DNA of 46,923 nt from Bacillota bacterium (lineage in GTDB: Bacteria > Bacillota > Bacilli > Lactobacillales > Streptococcaceae). Below, piece by piece: positions 9,055-19,704 of this stretch. Each line of letters starts with the position of its first letter. Within the stretch, counting starts at the first letter, position 1. Position numbers and translations under genes: made by a program. The notes under the pieces are model-generated. The model was not told the DNA's origin and ran no database searches. It worked only from the letters and a program-made list of their open reading frames with translations. The stretch covers positions 1 through 46,923 of the forward strand of contig JAJXWC010000001.1 in NCBI GenBank assembly GCA_021781855.1, given 5' to 3'.

Positions 9055-10245
9055 TTGGCAACAAAGAAAAAAACGAATTTTGATGATATTACCAAAAAAT
9101 ATGGAGCTGAGCGCGATAAAGCCTTGCAGGATGCGCTTGCTTTAATTGAAAAAGACTTTGGTAAAGGCTCACTGATGCGCCTTGGTGAAGCTGCAAATCA
9201 GAAGGTACAGGTGATGAGCTCAGGCTCTTTGGCGCTTGACATTGCATTGGGCGCTGGCGGTTATCCTAAGGGACGAATTGTCGAAATCTATGGACCAGAA
9301 TCTTCTGGTAAGACAACTGTCGCATTGCATGCCGTTGCAGCAACACAAGCAGCAGGTGGAATTTGCGCATATATTGATGCGGAAAACGCACTTGACCCAG
9401 AATATGCAAAAGCACTCGGTGTCAATATTGATGAGCTTTTGCTGTCGCAGCCTGATTATGGTGAACAAGGACTGCAAATCGCTGAAAAATTGATTCAGTC
9501 AGGTGCAGTTGATTTGGTAGTTATTGATTCAGTTGCGGCTTTAGTGCCTAAGGCAGAAATTGATGGTGAAATTGGTGATAGTTCAGTTGGTTTGCAGGCA
9601 CGTATGATGTCACAAGCCATGCGTAAACTTGCAGGACACATTAACAAAACCAAAACGACAGCTATTTTTATCAACCAGTTGCGTGAGAAAGTAGGAGTCA
9701 TGTTTGGCTCACCTGAGACAACACCTGGTGGACGTGCTCTGAAATTTTATGCATCTGTTCGGCTTGATGTTCGCGGCTCAGTGAAAATCGAAGAAGGCTC
9801 AGGCGACAACAAAACGCAAATTGGTAAAGAAACGAAAATCAAAGTTGTTAAAAATAAGGTTGCGCCACCGTTTAAAGTTGCTCTTGTAGATATCATGTTT
9901 GGCGAGGGGATTTCGAAAACAGGCGAATTATTGAAAATCGCTGTTGATGAAGGACTCATAAAAAAATCAGGTGCATGGTTTGCTTATAATGATGAAAAAA
10001 TCGGCCAAGGTGCTGAAAAAGCCAAAGCTTATTTGGCAGAACACCCAGAAGTTTTCAACGAAATAGACAAAAAGATTCGTGAAGCGCATGGTTTAGCTTT
10101 GACTGAAGAAACTTCAGAAACGGTAGAAGAAGTTGCAACGAAGGCTAAAAAAACACCAGCAAGAAAAACAGCAAAAAAAGAAGAAGTTGAAACGCTTGAA
10201 CTTGAGCCAGAAACAGAAGAAATTGAACTTGACTTAGAAGATTAA
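9055..10245 (+). CDS. recA: Recombinase RecA (TTG start)
   Basis: [24 protein letters not shown]; lactococcal-type N-terminal extension and acidic tail; extended -10 TGCTATAAT upstream. Confidence 0.98.
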   Translation: MATKKKTNFDDITKKYGAERDKALQDALALIEKDFGKGSLMRLGEAANQKVQVMSSGSLALDIALGAGGYPKGRIVEIYGPESSGKTTVALHAVAATQAAGGICAYIDAENALDPEYAKALGVNIDELLLSQPDYGEQGLQIAEKLIQSGAVDLVVIDSVAALVPKAEIDGEIGDSSVGLQARMMSQAMRKLAGHINKTKTTAIFINQLREKVGVMFGSPETTPGGRALKFYASVRLDVRGSVKIEEGSGDNKTQIGKETKIKVVKNKVAPPFKVALVDIMFGEGISKTGELLKIAVDEGLIKKSGAWFAYNDEKIGQGAEKAKAYLAEHPEVFNEIDKKIREAHGLALTEETSETVEEVATKAKKTPARKTAKKEEVETLELEPETEEIELDLED

Positions 10246-10458
10246 TGAGGCATGCTGATTCAGTAGCAGATGAAACTCCTACTGAATTTAGGATACAATC
10301 TTATGGTCTAAACGTCCGTTTTTGAAGCGATTGACCTTAGAGGAGTTGGATGAGATTTGAGCTTTGAAAGTGTTTTGGAATCGCAGTGGACACCAATAGT
10401 ATAGCGTGATAATCTATCTATTAGGCGAGAATTCTAGTATAGACGATTGAGATAAAAA
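10246..10458 (+). repeat. Degenerate modular repeat element directly after the recA stop
   Basis: tgaggc..ttcagtagcagatgaaactcctactgaattt; ends ttgagataaaaa. Confidence 0.55.
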
Positions 10459-10946
10459 TGTAGAAAATTTATTTTTCTACATTTTTTATATTATGATGGC
10501 TTAGTCGTTTTAATAGATTATTTTATCCCGGCAGTATGTAAATAGCAAGAATTTGTTAGGTTAAATTTACAGCGTGGAATGTTGCGAATATTCTCTGCTA
10601 TTGAGCTGTTTTCATAAGATAATCCTAATTTTTTAGAAAATAATAATCAAATGCTTGCATAATTGTTTCAAAAGCAATATAATAGTTGCATATTTGAATG
10701 TTTAAATATTAGTATGTCAACAGGACCTAACTACTTTAGTGGCGTAAGTATCGATAGTTTGAGACAAGAATGTGATGTTGAGGCTGTGGATAAAGAGAGC
10801 GAAATCTGCGTCTTTCAGAGTGCGAAGTGTAAAGATAACAGGTATTGTTGAGATAAATTCAAAAAGAGAAAGGGGTCCCTTTCTCTTGACCTTCTAGGTC
10901 AAGAGAAACAATCCAAACATTCTTTCTCAAACAAAAGGGGAAATTC

Positions 10947-13900
10947 ATGATTATAAAGGCTAAAAATACGAAAATAACGCATTTTCGTACCTGGAAATCA
11001 GGGAAACATTGGATATATGCAGCATCCGCGCTTACAGCTTTAATACTAGGCGGGCTTGGTGCCCAAAGTGTTCTTGCTGATACGGCGACAGCAGTTCAAA
11101 CTGGGACAAACAATTCTTTGGGAGCTGCAGTGGATTCTACATCTGCTGCTGTAAGCCAAACTGCACCGACTGTTCCTATTATTACAACAACGAATACTAC
11201 GTTGGTTCAAGGGACAGACTGGTCTCCCGTTTCTAATTTTTCTACAGCAACTGATAGTGAAGGACAAAATGTTGCCTTCACTCAACTTGTGGTAACAGGA
11301 GCGGTTGATACAAATACGGCAGGAACCTACATGGTTCAGTACAGCTACACTGACCCAGTAACGAATCTAACGGCTTTGTCAACTGCAACGGTTACAGTTC
11401 TAGCTGCAGAAAACTCATTATCATCGGATTCGACTGAAAATACTGCAACAAATACAGAAGCTACGACTGCTACATCCACAGCTCCAGCAATTTCATCTGA
11501 TGTGAATAATGCAAGCACAGGTTCTAGCACATCATCAAATACTGCAACACCAAACTCAAGTGATACAACTTCTGTAATAACAAATTCTTCCTCTGAAACA
11601 GTAGCCTCTCAGGAAAATACAGCTAGCACTTCATCCACGAACTCTCCAATTTCATCAGATGGTTTTACCGAGCAACTCCAAAATGAAATTTCCAATGGAC
11701 AAACTGCTATTGCTAATTATCAAACAACCGCTGCACAGGAAAATCAAATCGCCCAGTCAGACCAAGCGCTTGTGGATAGCGCTCAAGCCGATGAAACGCT
11801 CAATCCAGCTAATAAAACTAAAGATGATGCTATTATTGCTACTGAAAGTACAGCAGCAAATAGTGCATTAGCACTTGCACAGGCGGCAGCAACAGCCGCT
11901 AATAATTATGTCATTGACCCAAACGTTTCAAATTTTGCAGATTTACAAACAGCACTTGCGGCAGCACCTACTGACGGTACAAGTTATGTGATTAATATTG
12001 AGAATAATATCACAGCAACAACGGCACTAGATGTTGCAACTGGAACAAATGTGACTATTCAAGCTGATTCGAGTTTGAGTAGTCCAGTAACTTTAATTGA
12101 CCCCAATGGTATAACAGTAGAAGGGGCATTGACACTTGGCAATAATTTGATTGTAGATGGGACAGGTGATGCTAGTCAAACACCTGGTATTACGGTTACA
12201 GGAACCTTAAATCTTACTGGAGCTGTGATTCAAAATTATACTGGCTACTGGGGCGGTGGTATTTTTGTAGATGGCGGAACATTCAATCTTACGAGTGGTA
12301 CGATTTCAAACAACTCTGGTGTTTATGGCGGCGGCGTTTTGAATTATCTGGGAACAGTCAATATGTCTGGGGGGACAATATCAAATAATAGTGCTGCTTA
12401 TTATGGCGGCGGAATTTTGGATTGGTCTGGAACGGTTAATCTGACAGGAGGAAATATTACCGATAATACAACACCTTGGTGGGGCGGCGGAATTTATCTG
12501 TTGCAGGGCGCTACGCTTACTCAAAGTGGAGGAAGTATCAACAACAATATCGCAAATAATAATGGCGGCGGTCTTTATGTGGACAGCACAAGTACGGCTA
12601 CCCTCACCTCTGGAACGATAGATAATAATACAGCTTTGAGCTACAACTCGGACAATACTGTAAACGGCTCTGTTAATACAACAGGTGGTGGCGTTTATAA
12701 TGCGGGAACATTCACATTGACAGATGGTGAAATCAATGGGAATACATCACTTAATGGCGGTGGTATTGATGTTGAGGGAACTTTTACCATGTCCGGTGGT
12801 TCGGTCAGTAATAATAGTGCGCTACAAGCTGTGGGGTCAATTAGTGGAATAGGCGGCGGTCTTTTAATCAATACTGATGACGCCACACTTAACGCAGGAA
12901 CGATTTCAGGGAATACGGCTGGCAATGTGGGCGGCGGGATTTATCTAGCTGATAATAAAAGTCTTTACCTTACGAATGTTTTAGATGATAATAATACGGC
13001 AACAAATGGCGGTGGAATTTGGGAATGCCCGTTGGGACATGTTTATGAGTATGTAACAGATGGTGCCGCGATTTACGGAAATACAGCAGCTGCGGGGTCC
13101 ATGGCTTATTTAGAGCCTGCAACTCAAGGACAATCAGCGACCATAGATATAAGTAATGGAACTTTGGGTGGGGGGAGCCAAACTGTCGCATTGAATAATT
13201 CAGATGGGACAACGACGGCTATTTCACTTCCGACAGAACTCACAAATACAAGTGCGACAGATTCATTGAACCTTTCAAATAATTTAGATTCAACGAGTAC
13301 TAGTTTAGCCGTTTCATTGGGGACATTGGTTATTTCAAATAATAATGCCATAGGTGGTGGAGGCATTGCTACCAATGGATTAGTCGTCATCGGGAACCCT
13401 GATACGACAAATGTGACAATCACAAAAACATGGAATTTGCCCACAGGGGAATCAATTCCTAGTTCAGTTACTTTCAATCTGTTAGCAACACCAACAAATG
13501 GAGGAGCAACTGTTACACTTGAGCAGGTAACATTATCTGCTGCTGATAATTGGACGGAAACGATAACAGGACTGCCAAGTGGTACCTATACCTATTCTTT
13601 TTCCGAAACAGGTAGTACTTATGATGCGTCTAGTAGCGAAAGCACAACAAGTACAACAGCTACGGAAAATTATCCTTCAAGCCTAGTACAAGCAACAGGT
13701 GTATCTGAAAGCGCTGGGAGTTATTATAGCCGGACCATCACACTTATAGGAGGAAATACGGCAGCAACTTATGAACTCTATGGAGTTGATGGACTTGGAA
13801 TAAATGAAGATTTGGGTGCCGTAACCCTTTCTCCAGATGGTAACGGAAATCTAACTTATACATGGAGTCTTACCGCAGGAGATAACTCTACTAATCAGGA

Positions 13901-15266
13901 ACAGAAAGTTTTAGGGCTCAGCGGCACTTATACAGATTTCACACTTCAAGACGCTTCATCTAACGTTATTGCAAATACGGTAATGGCAGATACTGTTAGT
14001 GGTACTCAAACAAGCATTATGCAGTCAGGGGTTTCTGCAGCGACTTCATACGAACTTTTTGGAACAGATAGTTCAGGAAATCTAGTAGATTTAGGCGCCG
14101 TTACACTACAGCCAGATGGTAGTGGCAATATTATTTACAGTTGGTTGAGTACTAATACGGATGCTCAAAGTATGGCTGTATCTTCTGGAAATTATTCGGA
14201 TTTAGCGCTTTATACAGTTGTACCTGGTGCAAGTTATTCTGATACAACGACAAATATGAACTTTAATGTCACAAATACTGATGACCTCCAGCAAATTAAA
14301 ATTACAAAAAACTGGGATTTGCCGGCAGGTGAAGCAATCCCGAACTCTGCAAACTTCAGCTTATATGGAGTAGCAGCTGATGGAACAGAAACGAAAATTC
14401 AGGATTTGACACTGACTTCGGCAGAAAACTGGACGACTACCATAAGCGGTTTACCCCTGAATCTTTATAATCACTATACTTTGGTTGAAAATCAAACGGG
14501 AACAGACTATGATGTTGTCATTTCAGAAAATCAGGATACAACCGATGCGAACCAGATTGATTTCACGGCAACGAACAAAGATGATGAACAGAGTATTGAG
14601 ATTACCAAAACATGGGATTTGCCAGAAGGTTATATGGCTCCGACTTCGGCGAACTTCACAGTTTACGGGGTGGCAGATGATGGAACGAAGACAAAGATAG
14701 AAGATGTAACTTTGACAGCCAACGAAAACTGGACAACGACAATTACAGGACTTCCTCTTTATCTTTATAATCACTATACTTTGGTTGAAAATCAGACAGG
14801 AACAAGTTACGATGTGACAATTTCAGAAAGTCAAGATACAACAAATGCTAATCAGATGGATTTTGGAGTGGTGAATACTTTAGAAGTAACACCTCCAACA
14901 ACACCTCCAATTTCCCCAGAGCCTCCCATTTCTCCAACTACACCACAACCGCCAGTATCGGGGCATCCAGTAACACCGACTTTACCAGTAAATCCAGTAA
15001 GTCCAGTAACACCACCAACACGGCCAACATCGCCAGTAATGCCGGTATCGCCGAAGACACCTACACCTACACCTACAGAAACTGTAAAACCAACAGTAAT
15101 TGGGACTAAGGTAGTTCCTTCTGTAAATAACGTACCTATTGTTGAAGCGAATGTTTTGCCTAAAACAGGCGCAGCTGAAGAGTCTTGGTTTGCCAAGCTG
15201 CTGGGAGTGCTTAGTTTGGTTTTGTCAGCTCTGATACTTGGAACACGACGGAAAAAAAGAAATTGA
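10947..15266 (+). CDS. Large sortase-anchored surface protein/adhesin: KxYKxGKxW-type signal, Ig-like domain, S/T-rich linker, GGG[IV] beta-helix repeats, three Cna-B-type repeats, Pro-rich stalk, LPKTG anchor
   Basis: FRTWKSGKHW; VDTNTAGTYMVQYSY; repeated ISNN..GGG[IV]; ITKTW..L..ENWT..LP repeats; LPKTG plus TM segment and basic tail. Confidence 0.85.
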   Translation: MIIKAKNTKITHFRTWKSGKHWIYAASALTALILGGLGAQSVLADTATAVQTGTNNSLGAAVDSTSAAVSQTAPTVPIITTTNTTLVQGTDWSPVSNFSTATDSEGQNVAFTQLVVTGAVDTNTAGTYMVQYSYTDPVTNLTALSTATVTVLAAENSLSSDSTENTATNTEATTATSTAPAISSDVNNASTGSSTSSNTATPNSSDTTSVITNSSSETVASQENTASTSSTNSPISSDGFTEQLQNEISNGQTAIANYQTTAAQENQIAQSDQALVDSAQADETLNPANKTKDDAIIATESTAANSALALAQAAATAANNYVIDPNVSNFADLQTALAAAPTDGTSYVINIENNITATTALDVATGTNVTIQADSSLSSPVTLIDPNGITVEGALTLGNNLIVDGTGDASQTPGITVTGTLNLTGAVIQNYTGYWGGGIFVDGGTFNLTSGTISNNSGVYGGGVLNYLGTVNMSGGTISNNSAAYYGGGILDWSGTVNLTGGNITDNTTPWWGGGIYLLQGATLTQSGGSINNNIANNNGGGLYVDSTSTATLTSGTIDNNTALSYNSDNTVNGSVNTTGGGVYNAGTFTLTDGEINGNTSLNGGGIDVEGTFTMSGGSVSNNSALQAVGSISGIGGGLLINTDDATLNAGTISGNTAGNVGGGIYLADNKSLYLTNVLDDNNTATNGGGIWECPLGHVYEYVTDGAAIYGNTAAAGSMAYLEPATQGQSATIDISNGTLGGGSQTVALNNSDGTTTAISLPTELTNTSATDSLNLSNNLDSTSTSLAVSLGTLVISNNNAIGGGGIATNGLVVIGNPDTTNVTITKTWNLPTGESIPSSVTFNLLATPTNGGATVTLEQVTLSAADNWTETITGLPSGTYTYSFSETGSTYDASSSESTTSTTATENYPSSLVQATGVSESAGSYYSRTITLIGGNTAATYELYGVDGLGINEDLGAVTLSPDGNGNLTYTWSLTAGDNSTNQEQKVLGLSGTYTDFTLQDASSNVIANTVMADTVSGTQTSIMQSGVSAATSYELFGTDSSGNLVDLGAVTLQPDGSGNIIYSWLSTNTDAQSMAVSSGNYSDLALYTVVPGASYSDTTTNMNFNVTNTDDLQQIKITKNWDLPAGEAIPNSANFSLYGVAADGTETKIQDLTLTSAENWTTTISGLPLNLYNHYTLVENQTGTDYDVVISENQDTTDANQIDFTATNKDDEQSIEITKTWDLPEGYMAPTSANFTVYGVADDGTKTKIEDVTLTANENWTTTITGLPLYLYNHYTLVENQTGTSYDVTISESQDTTNANQMDFGVVNTLEVTPPTTPPISPEPPISPTTPQPPVSGHPVTPTLPVNPVSPVTPPTRPTSPVMPVSPKTPTPTPTETVKPTVIGTKVVPSVNNVPIVEANVLPKTGAAEESWFAKLLGVLSLVLSALILGTRRKKRN

Positions 15267-15398
15267 AGTGATACTTCATCAGTAGAGGATTCTTTCTGCC
15301 CTACTGATGTTAGGGAACACACCCTCTCCGAGAAGTCTAGTCGCTGAAGCGACTGGCCTTACGGCAGTAGAACGAAAGCAGGCACTTGCTAGGTTAAA
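15263..15398 (+). repeat. Modular repeat element, left end type 2
   Basis: ttgaagtgatacttcatcagtagagg..ccctactgatg to gcaggcacttgctaggttaaa; same ends as 37139-37321. Confidence 0.8.
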
Positions 15399-15438
15399 TA
15401 ATTTTTGAAAGCAATTTCTAAATAATGATAATAATTTA

Positions 15439-15695
15439 ATGAGGCGGAGACTTATTCAGTGGAAGTTTCACTCCCACTGAAGTCAGTTGAGCAAAACTCG
15501 AAGATTGCCATTTCGCCTTAGCGCTTTTTTAGCACTTTGCGATTGCGACTAACGAACTTGTTCGTGTAGCGAGCATCTAGCTTAACAGTGCGGTGTACTG
15601 TTAAGCTGTAGATAAAGAGAGCAAAGCTCAGTAGCAAAGCTGCGAAGAACGTCGTCTGTGAGACGGAAGGATTAGCATGCACTGGTAAGATAAAA
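15439..15695 (+). repeat. Modular repeat element, left end type 1
   Basis: atgaggcggagacttattcagtggaagtttcactcccactgaa to gattagcatgcactggtaagataaaa; internal palindrome ttaacagtgcggtgtactgttaa. Confidence 0.8.
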
Positions 15696-15725
15696 ACCGA
15701 ATAATCTAGTGATTGTTCGGTTTTT
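15692..15725. terminator. Bidirectional terminator between the adhesin gene and serP2
   Basis: aaaaaccgaataatc-tagt-gattgttcggttttt. Confidence 0.7.
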
Positions 15726-15868
15726 AGTTTGTATTTTGTCTGAAACTATTGGCTTAATCTAGCAAGTACTACCCTGTAGTTTCATTGCTACACAAGACTA
15801 GCGCTTTTAACAGTACACTGTACTGTTAAGTTGTTAAGCCGTTTATCTTCGTTGAGATATTGAAGTAA

Positions 15869-17227
15869 TTATTTTAAGGTTGCTTTCCTGAATTTTGCTG
15901 TAATTCCAAAGGCAACAATCCAAATCAGAGAACCAATCGCAGGAATGTAAGTATCGGAAAAGAAGAAAAGCGAGATGAAAATTAAGCTGAAGGCAAGAAT
16001 GGTCAGCGGGACAAGCCCTTTTGCCCAAGGAGTGACAAAACCGTTAATGTCAAAGTCTTTTGATTTGCGGAATTTTAGATAAGTAATCAATGTGATGATG
16101 TAAACAACTAAGAATAAATTGGTCGCAACACTAGTGATAAAAACAAAACCGTTTGAAACGCCGGGAATCATTGAAACAAATGGAGTGAGAAAAATCAGGA
16201 GCGCTGTAAAAAGTAAAGCATTGAGTGGGATTCCATTTCGTGAGAGTTTGGTAAATGGGGTCAAAAGTTTGTCACCGTTTAATTTTGAAAGGGAATAAAG
16301 ATTGCGTGTTGTGGAAAATAGGCAGGAATTCAAAGCGGAAGCAGCAGAGGTCAAAACAACAAAATTAATCAGTGCTGCAGCCCATTTGACGCCTATGAGC
16401 TGGAAAATCATGACGAAAGGTGATTTGTCAGCGGGAATATCTTGCCAATGATAAATACTCATAATTGCGAGTAAAGCTCCGATATAAAAGAGAAGAACAC
16501 GTAAGGGAATCTGATTAATCGCTTTTTTTAAGGTTGGGCGCGGATTTTCTGTTTCTGCAGCGGTCATACCGATAAATTCCATTGCAACAAATGCAAACAT
16601 GACCATTTGAAAACTTTCAAAAAAGCGAGAGATACCATGTGGGAAAAGTTGGAAACCAGACGTGATATTGCTCAGACTGACATTGGCATCAGCGGTGTGA
16701 TAATGTGTGAAAAGTAAAATGATAGCAGTCAAAATCATACCAACAATCGCAACAACTTTAATCATGCCAAACCAAAATTCTGTTTCGCCGAAAAATTTGG
16801 CATTTAATGTGTTGAGACCAGTCAATAAAAGCAGAACGATGATTTCGGTAAGCCAAAGGGGGACAGAAGGAAGCCAAAAATTAATATAGGTTCCAATCGC
16901 TGTGAGCTCTGCCATTGCCATAAAAACAACGACAAGCCAATAAGTCCAGGAAACGAAATAACCAGTCTTATCGCCTAAATAACGGCTGACAAAGTTCAAA
17001 AAGGAATGTTGTGACGGGTCAACGTAAAGCATTTCACCGATGGTCCGCAAAAGTACAAACATAAGGGCACCAATGATGAGGTAAACGAAAACAATCGTAG
17101 GACCTGTCAGACTAATAGATTTGCCAGCACCAAGAAAAAGTCCTGTTCCAATGGTTCCTGCTATGGCGATGAGTTGGACATGGCGATTTTTTAAACCGCG
17201 CTGTGTATTGTTTTCATTATTTTTCAT
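15869..17227 (-). CDS. serP2: APC-family amino acid permease, SerP2-like (DL-Ala/Ser/Gly)
   Basis: RGLKNRHVQLIAIAGTIGTGLFLG; closely resembles L. lactis SerP2 as recalled; tandem with serP1; alternative GTG start at 17245. Confidence 0.75.
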   Translation of the reverse strand: MKNNENNTQRGLKNRHVQLIAIAGTIGTGLFLGAGKSISLTGPTIVFVYLIIGALMFVLLRTIGEMLYVDPSQHSFLNFVSRYLGDKTGYFVSWTYWLVVVFMAMAELTAIGTYINFWLPSVPLWLTEIIVLLLLTGLNTLNAKFFGETEFWFGMIKVVAIVGMILTAIILLFTHYHTADANVSLSNITSGFQLFPHGISRFFESFQMVMFAFVAMEFIGMTAAETENPRPTLKKAINQIPLRVLLFYIGALLAIMSIYHWQDIPADKSPFVMIFQLIGVKWAAALINFVVLTSAASALNSCLFSTTRNLYSLSKLNGDKLLTPFTKLSRNGIPLNALLFTALLIFLTPFVSMIPGVSNGFVFITSVATNLFLVVYIITLITYLKFRKSKDFDINGFVTPWAKGLVPLTILAFSLIFISLFFFSDTYIPAIGSLIWIVAFGITAKFRKATLK

Positions 17228-17325
17228 GATGTTTTTATTATACACCTTTCAGTCTGGATTTGTTTTTTGATGATGGTAAACATCCTCGGCAAAGTGGGCA
17301 GTCCTGTTTCAACGAAGGGGTCACT

Positions 17326-18711
17326 TCAAATTTTCTTGAACCGAGAAAAAAGTCCGAAAACGATTGTCCAAAGGACGGCACCAAGTGCTGGATAAAGTGT
17401 GCTGTTATTGAAGAAAAGAGAGATGAAAACAATTCCAAAAATGAGAAAGACAAATGGAACAAGCAGATTTGCTTTTGGCGTGAGGAATCCTTCGGCATCA
17501 AAATCCCCTGATTTGCGGTATTTGTAGAAGGTGAAAAGTTGAATGAAATAGACGATTAAAAATAGGTTAGTAGTACAACTTGCCGCAAAGTCAAAGGCAT
17601 TTTGGATTTGCGGAATGAGAGTTAAAATGGGAGCAAAGAGCGTGAGGCCTGTTGCGAGATAGAGGGCATTTAACGGAATACCATTACGTGAAATTTTTGT
17701 GAATGGTGTTAGACCACCTCTGTCATGCTGTTGAGCGAGAGAAAATAGATTGCGCGTGGCTGAAAAAAGGGAGCTATTCAGTGCTGAACCTGCAGAAGTG
17801 AGGACGACAAAATTGACTAATGCTGCAGCCCATTTGATACCAATGAGTTGAAAAGCCATAACAAATGGCGATTTGTCGGCGGGAATATCTTGCCAGTGGA
17901 AAATTGCCATAATCGCAAGAAGGGCGCCGATGTAGAAAATGAGAATACGTACAGGAATTTGATTGATGGCTTTGGGTAGAGTTTTCTTGGGATTGACAGT
18001 TTCTGCGGCGGTCATTCCGATGAATTCCATAGAAGTGAAAGCGAACATGACCATTTGCAATGCGCCGATAAAGTTCCAGCCACCTTTGGGGAAAAACTGA
18101 AAACCATTAAAAATATTGGCTAAAGAGACTGTTCCGTGAACGGTTTGACTATGAATAGTTGTTGTATAACTGAAATGACTAAAAATTAAAATGATTGCGG
18201 TTATTATCATTCCAAGAATGGCTGCGACTTTGATGATTGCAAACCAAAATTCTGTTTCACCGAAAAAGCGGGCATTGAGTGTATTCAAACCGAAAAGCAG
18301 TGCAAGTGCGATAATTTCAATGAGCCAAAGCGGAACTGAGGGAAGCCAGAATTGGATATAGGTGCCAATCGCGGTAAGCTCTGAGATACAGACAAAAACG
18401 AGAACAAGCCAATAAGACCATTGAGAGAAATAACCGGTTCGCTGGCCGACATATTTGGTGACGAAGTTTAAAAAACTGTGCTGAGTTGGGTCATGATAGA
18501 GCATTTCTCCAATTGTTCGCAAAAAAATAAACATGGCAATACCGATGATGATATAAGCCAAAATAATGGAGGGACCAGTCATGCTGATGGTTTTTCCCGC
18601 ACCGAGAAAGAGCCCCGTTCCAATTGTTCCTGCAATCGCAATGAGCTGAATATGGCGATTTTGCAAGCCTCTTTGATGCTCGTACGCCTGTTTCTCTACA
18701 TTGTCTTTCAT
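17326..18711 (-). CDS. serP1: APC-family amino acid permease, SerP1-like (L-Ser/Thr/Cys)
   Basis: RGLQNRHIQLIAIAG; AFDFAASCTTNLFL as in L. lactis SerP1 (recalled). Confidence 0.75.
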   Translation of the reverse strand: MKDNVEKQAYEHQRGLQNRHIQLIAIAGTIGTGLFLGAGKTISMTGPSIILAYIIIGIAMFIFLRTIGEMLYHDPTQHSFLNFVTKYVGQRTGYFSQWSYWLVLVFVCISELTAIGTYIQFWLPSVPLWLIEIIALALLFGLNTLNARFFGETEFWFAIIKVAAILGMIITAIILIFSHFSYTTTIHSQTVHGTVSLANIFNGFQFFPKGGWNFIGALQMVMFAFTSMEFIGMTAAETVNPKKTLPKAINQIPVRILIFYIGALLAIMAIFHWQDIPADKSPFVMAFQLIGIKWAAALVNFVVLTSAGSALNSSLFSATRNLFSLAQQHDRGGLTPFTKISRNGIPLNALYLATGLTLFAPILTLIPQIQNAFDFAASCTTNLFLIVYFIQLFTFYKYRKSGDFDAEGFLTPKANLLVPFVFLIFGIVFISLFFNNSTLYPALGAVLWTIVFGLFSRFKKI

Positions 18712-18857
18712 GTGTTTGTTCTCCCTTAAAAAATTTCATTATCTTGAAGTGGCTACTGCATTGGTAGGAATTTATACCCTATCAATGTTAGATGACCTGA
18801 CATCAAAGGTGTCAGGTCAACTCTGATTGAGAAATCCAGCATGCAACAGTCAAGTTA

Positions 18858-18919
18858 AAATATCTGATAATTCACAAAAATATAAATAGAATTATAACAT
18901 TTTATATTTTTAGTTTCAA
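18858..18919 (-). promoter_or_regulatory. serP1 promoter (TTGAAA-17-TATAAT, extended -10) with a downstream CodY-box-like site
   Basis: -35 at 18914-18919 and -10 at 18891-18896 on the minus strand; AATTATCAGATATTT at 18858-18872 has 3 mismatches to AATTTTCWGAAAATT. Confidence 0.55.
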
Positions 18920-18991
18920 GTAAGAACAAGCTATAAAATGATAGAAGGTCAGTTTTCCCAAAAACTAGGAATTTTGATATAATATAGGGGT

Positions 18992-19378
18992 ATGTTAATC
19001 ATTGATGAAAAATTATTGGAAATAGATGATTCGATTGATGCACTAGTTGCAGAATTCATGAAATTTCCAGAAGTTACGGCTTACTTGCAGGCACGTTCGG
19101 CTTTCGAAAATGATGAGGGTTTGCAAAAAAAGATTTTTGATAACGCTGTCAAAAGTGAATATGCAGCTTATCGTCCTGAGATTCGACAAATGCAGCGTGA
19201 AATCAATCTTGACGAGAAAGTTTATGCTTTGCGTTTGGCGGAAAATGATGTTCAGCTTTTGCTGTCAGATTTGACGAAAAGACTTGCTGGCAGCATCTCT
19301 GAAAATATTTATGTTGATGAAAATTTACCACTGAAGAAAGGAGGAAGTCGTCATGACCGACATCATCGAAATGACTGA
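18992..19378 (+). CDS. ylbF: YlbF-family regulator
   Basis: Helical 128-aa protein with [11 protein letters not shown]; upstream of ylbG. Confidence 0.7.
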   Translation: MLIIDEKLLEIDDSIDALVAEFMKFPEVTAYLQARSAFENDEGLQKKIFDNAVKSEYAAYRPEIRQMQREINLDEKVYALRLAENDVQLLLSDLTKRLAGSISENIYVDENLPLKKGGSRHDRHHRND

Positions 19379-19676
19379 AAAAACGGAAATTCGTCCACTC
19401 GTTGTGCCTGGACGGCTACCTGTTTATGTTTATTGTACGTCCTACAAAGGCACACGGCAACTGACACGCTACGGCGATGTGGGTTATAGTAGCCAAAAAT
19501 CGCATTTTACTCTGCTTTATGTGGACGAAGAAAAACTTGATGAGACTTTGGCACAGCTTAATGGCTTAAAATTTGTGAAAAAGGTGCGTGTAGGACATCT
19601 AAAGAGTTTAAGCTCAAATTTTTCTGAGGCGTTTGCTCAGACCAATTTGGAAGTTAAACAAGAAATGGGACTTTGA
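19353..19676 (+). CDS. ylbG: YlbG/DUF2129 family protein
   Basis: [22 protein letters not shown] pattern. Confidence 0.7.
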   Translation: MTDIIEMTEKTEIRPLVVPGRLPVYVYCTSYKGTRQLTRYGDVGYSSQKSHFTLLYVDEEKLDETLAQLNGLKFVKKVRVGHLKSLSSNFSEAFAQTNLEVKQEMGL

Positions 19677-19704
19677 TGATTTTGTCAAAGATAAAAACTG
19701 CCTT

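Noticed and set aside
10663-10851. 62-aa ORF upstream of the adhesin
   Set aside because: Spans the probable promoter and a degenerate repeat element; no RBS
14852-15322. 156-aa antisense ORF and the many other shadow ORFs inside long genes
   Set aside because: Explained by codon bias and low-complexity Pro/Thr repeats on the coding strand
18712-18884. Riboswitch or T-box upstream of serP1
   Set aside because: No T-box or glycine-riboswitch consensus seen; the hairpins match the type 2 left end of the repeat family
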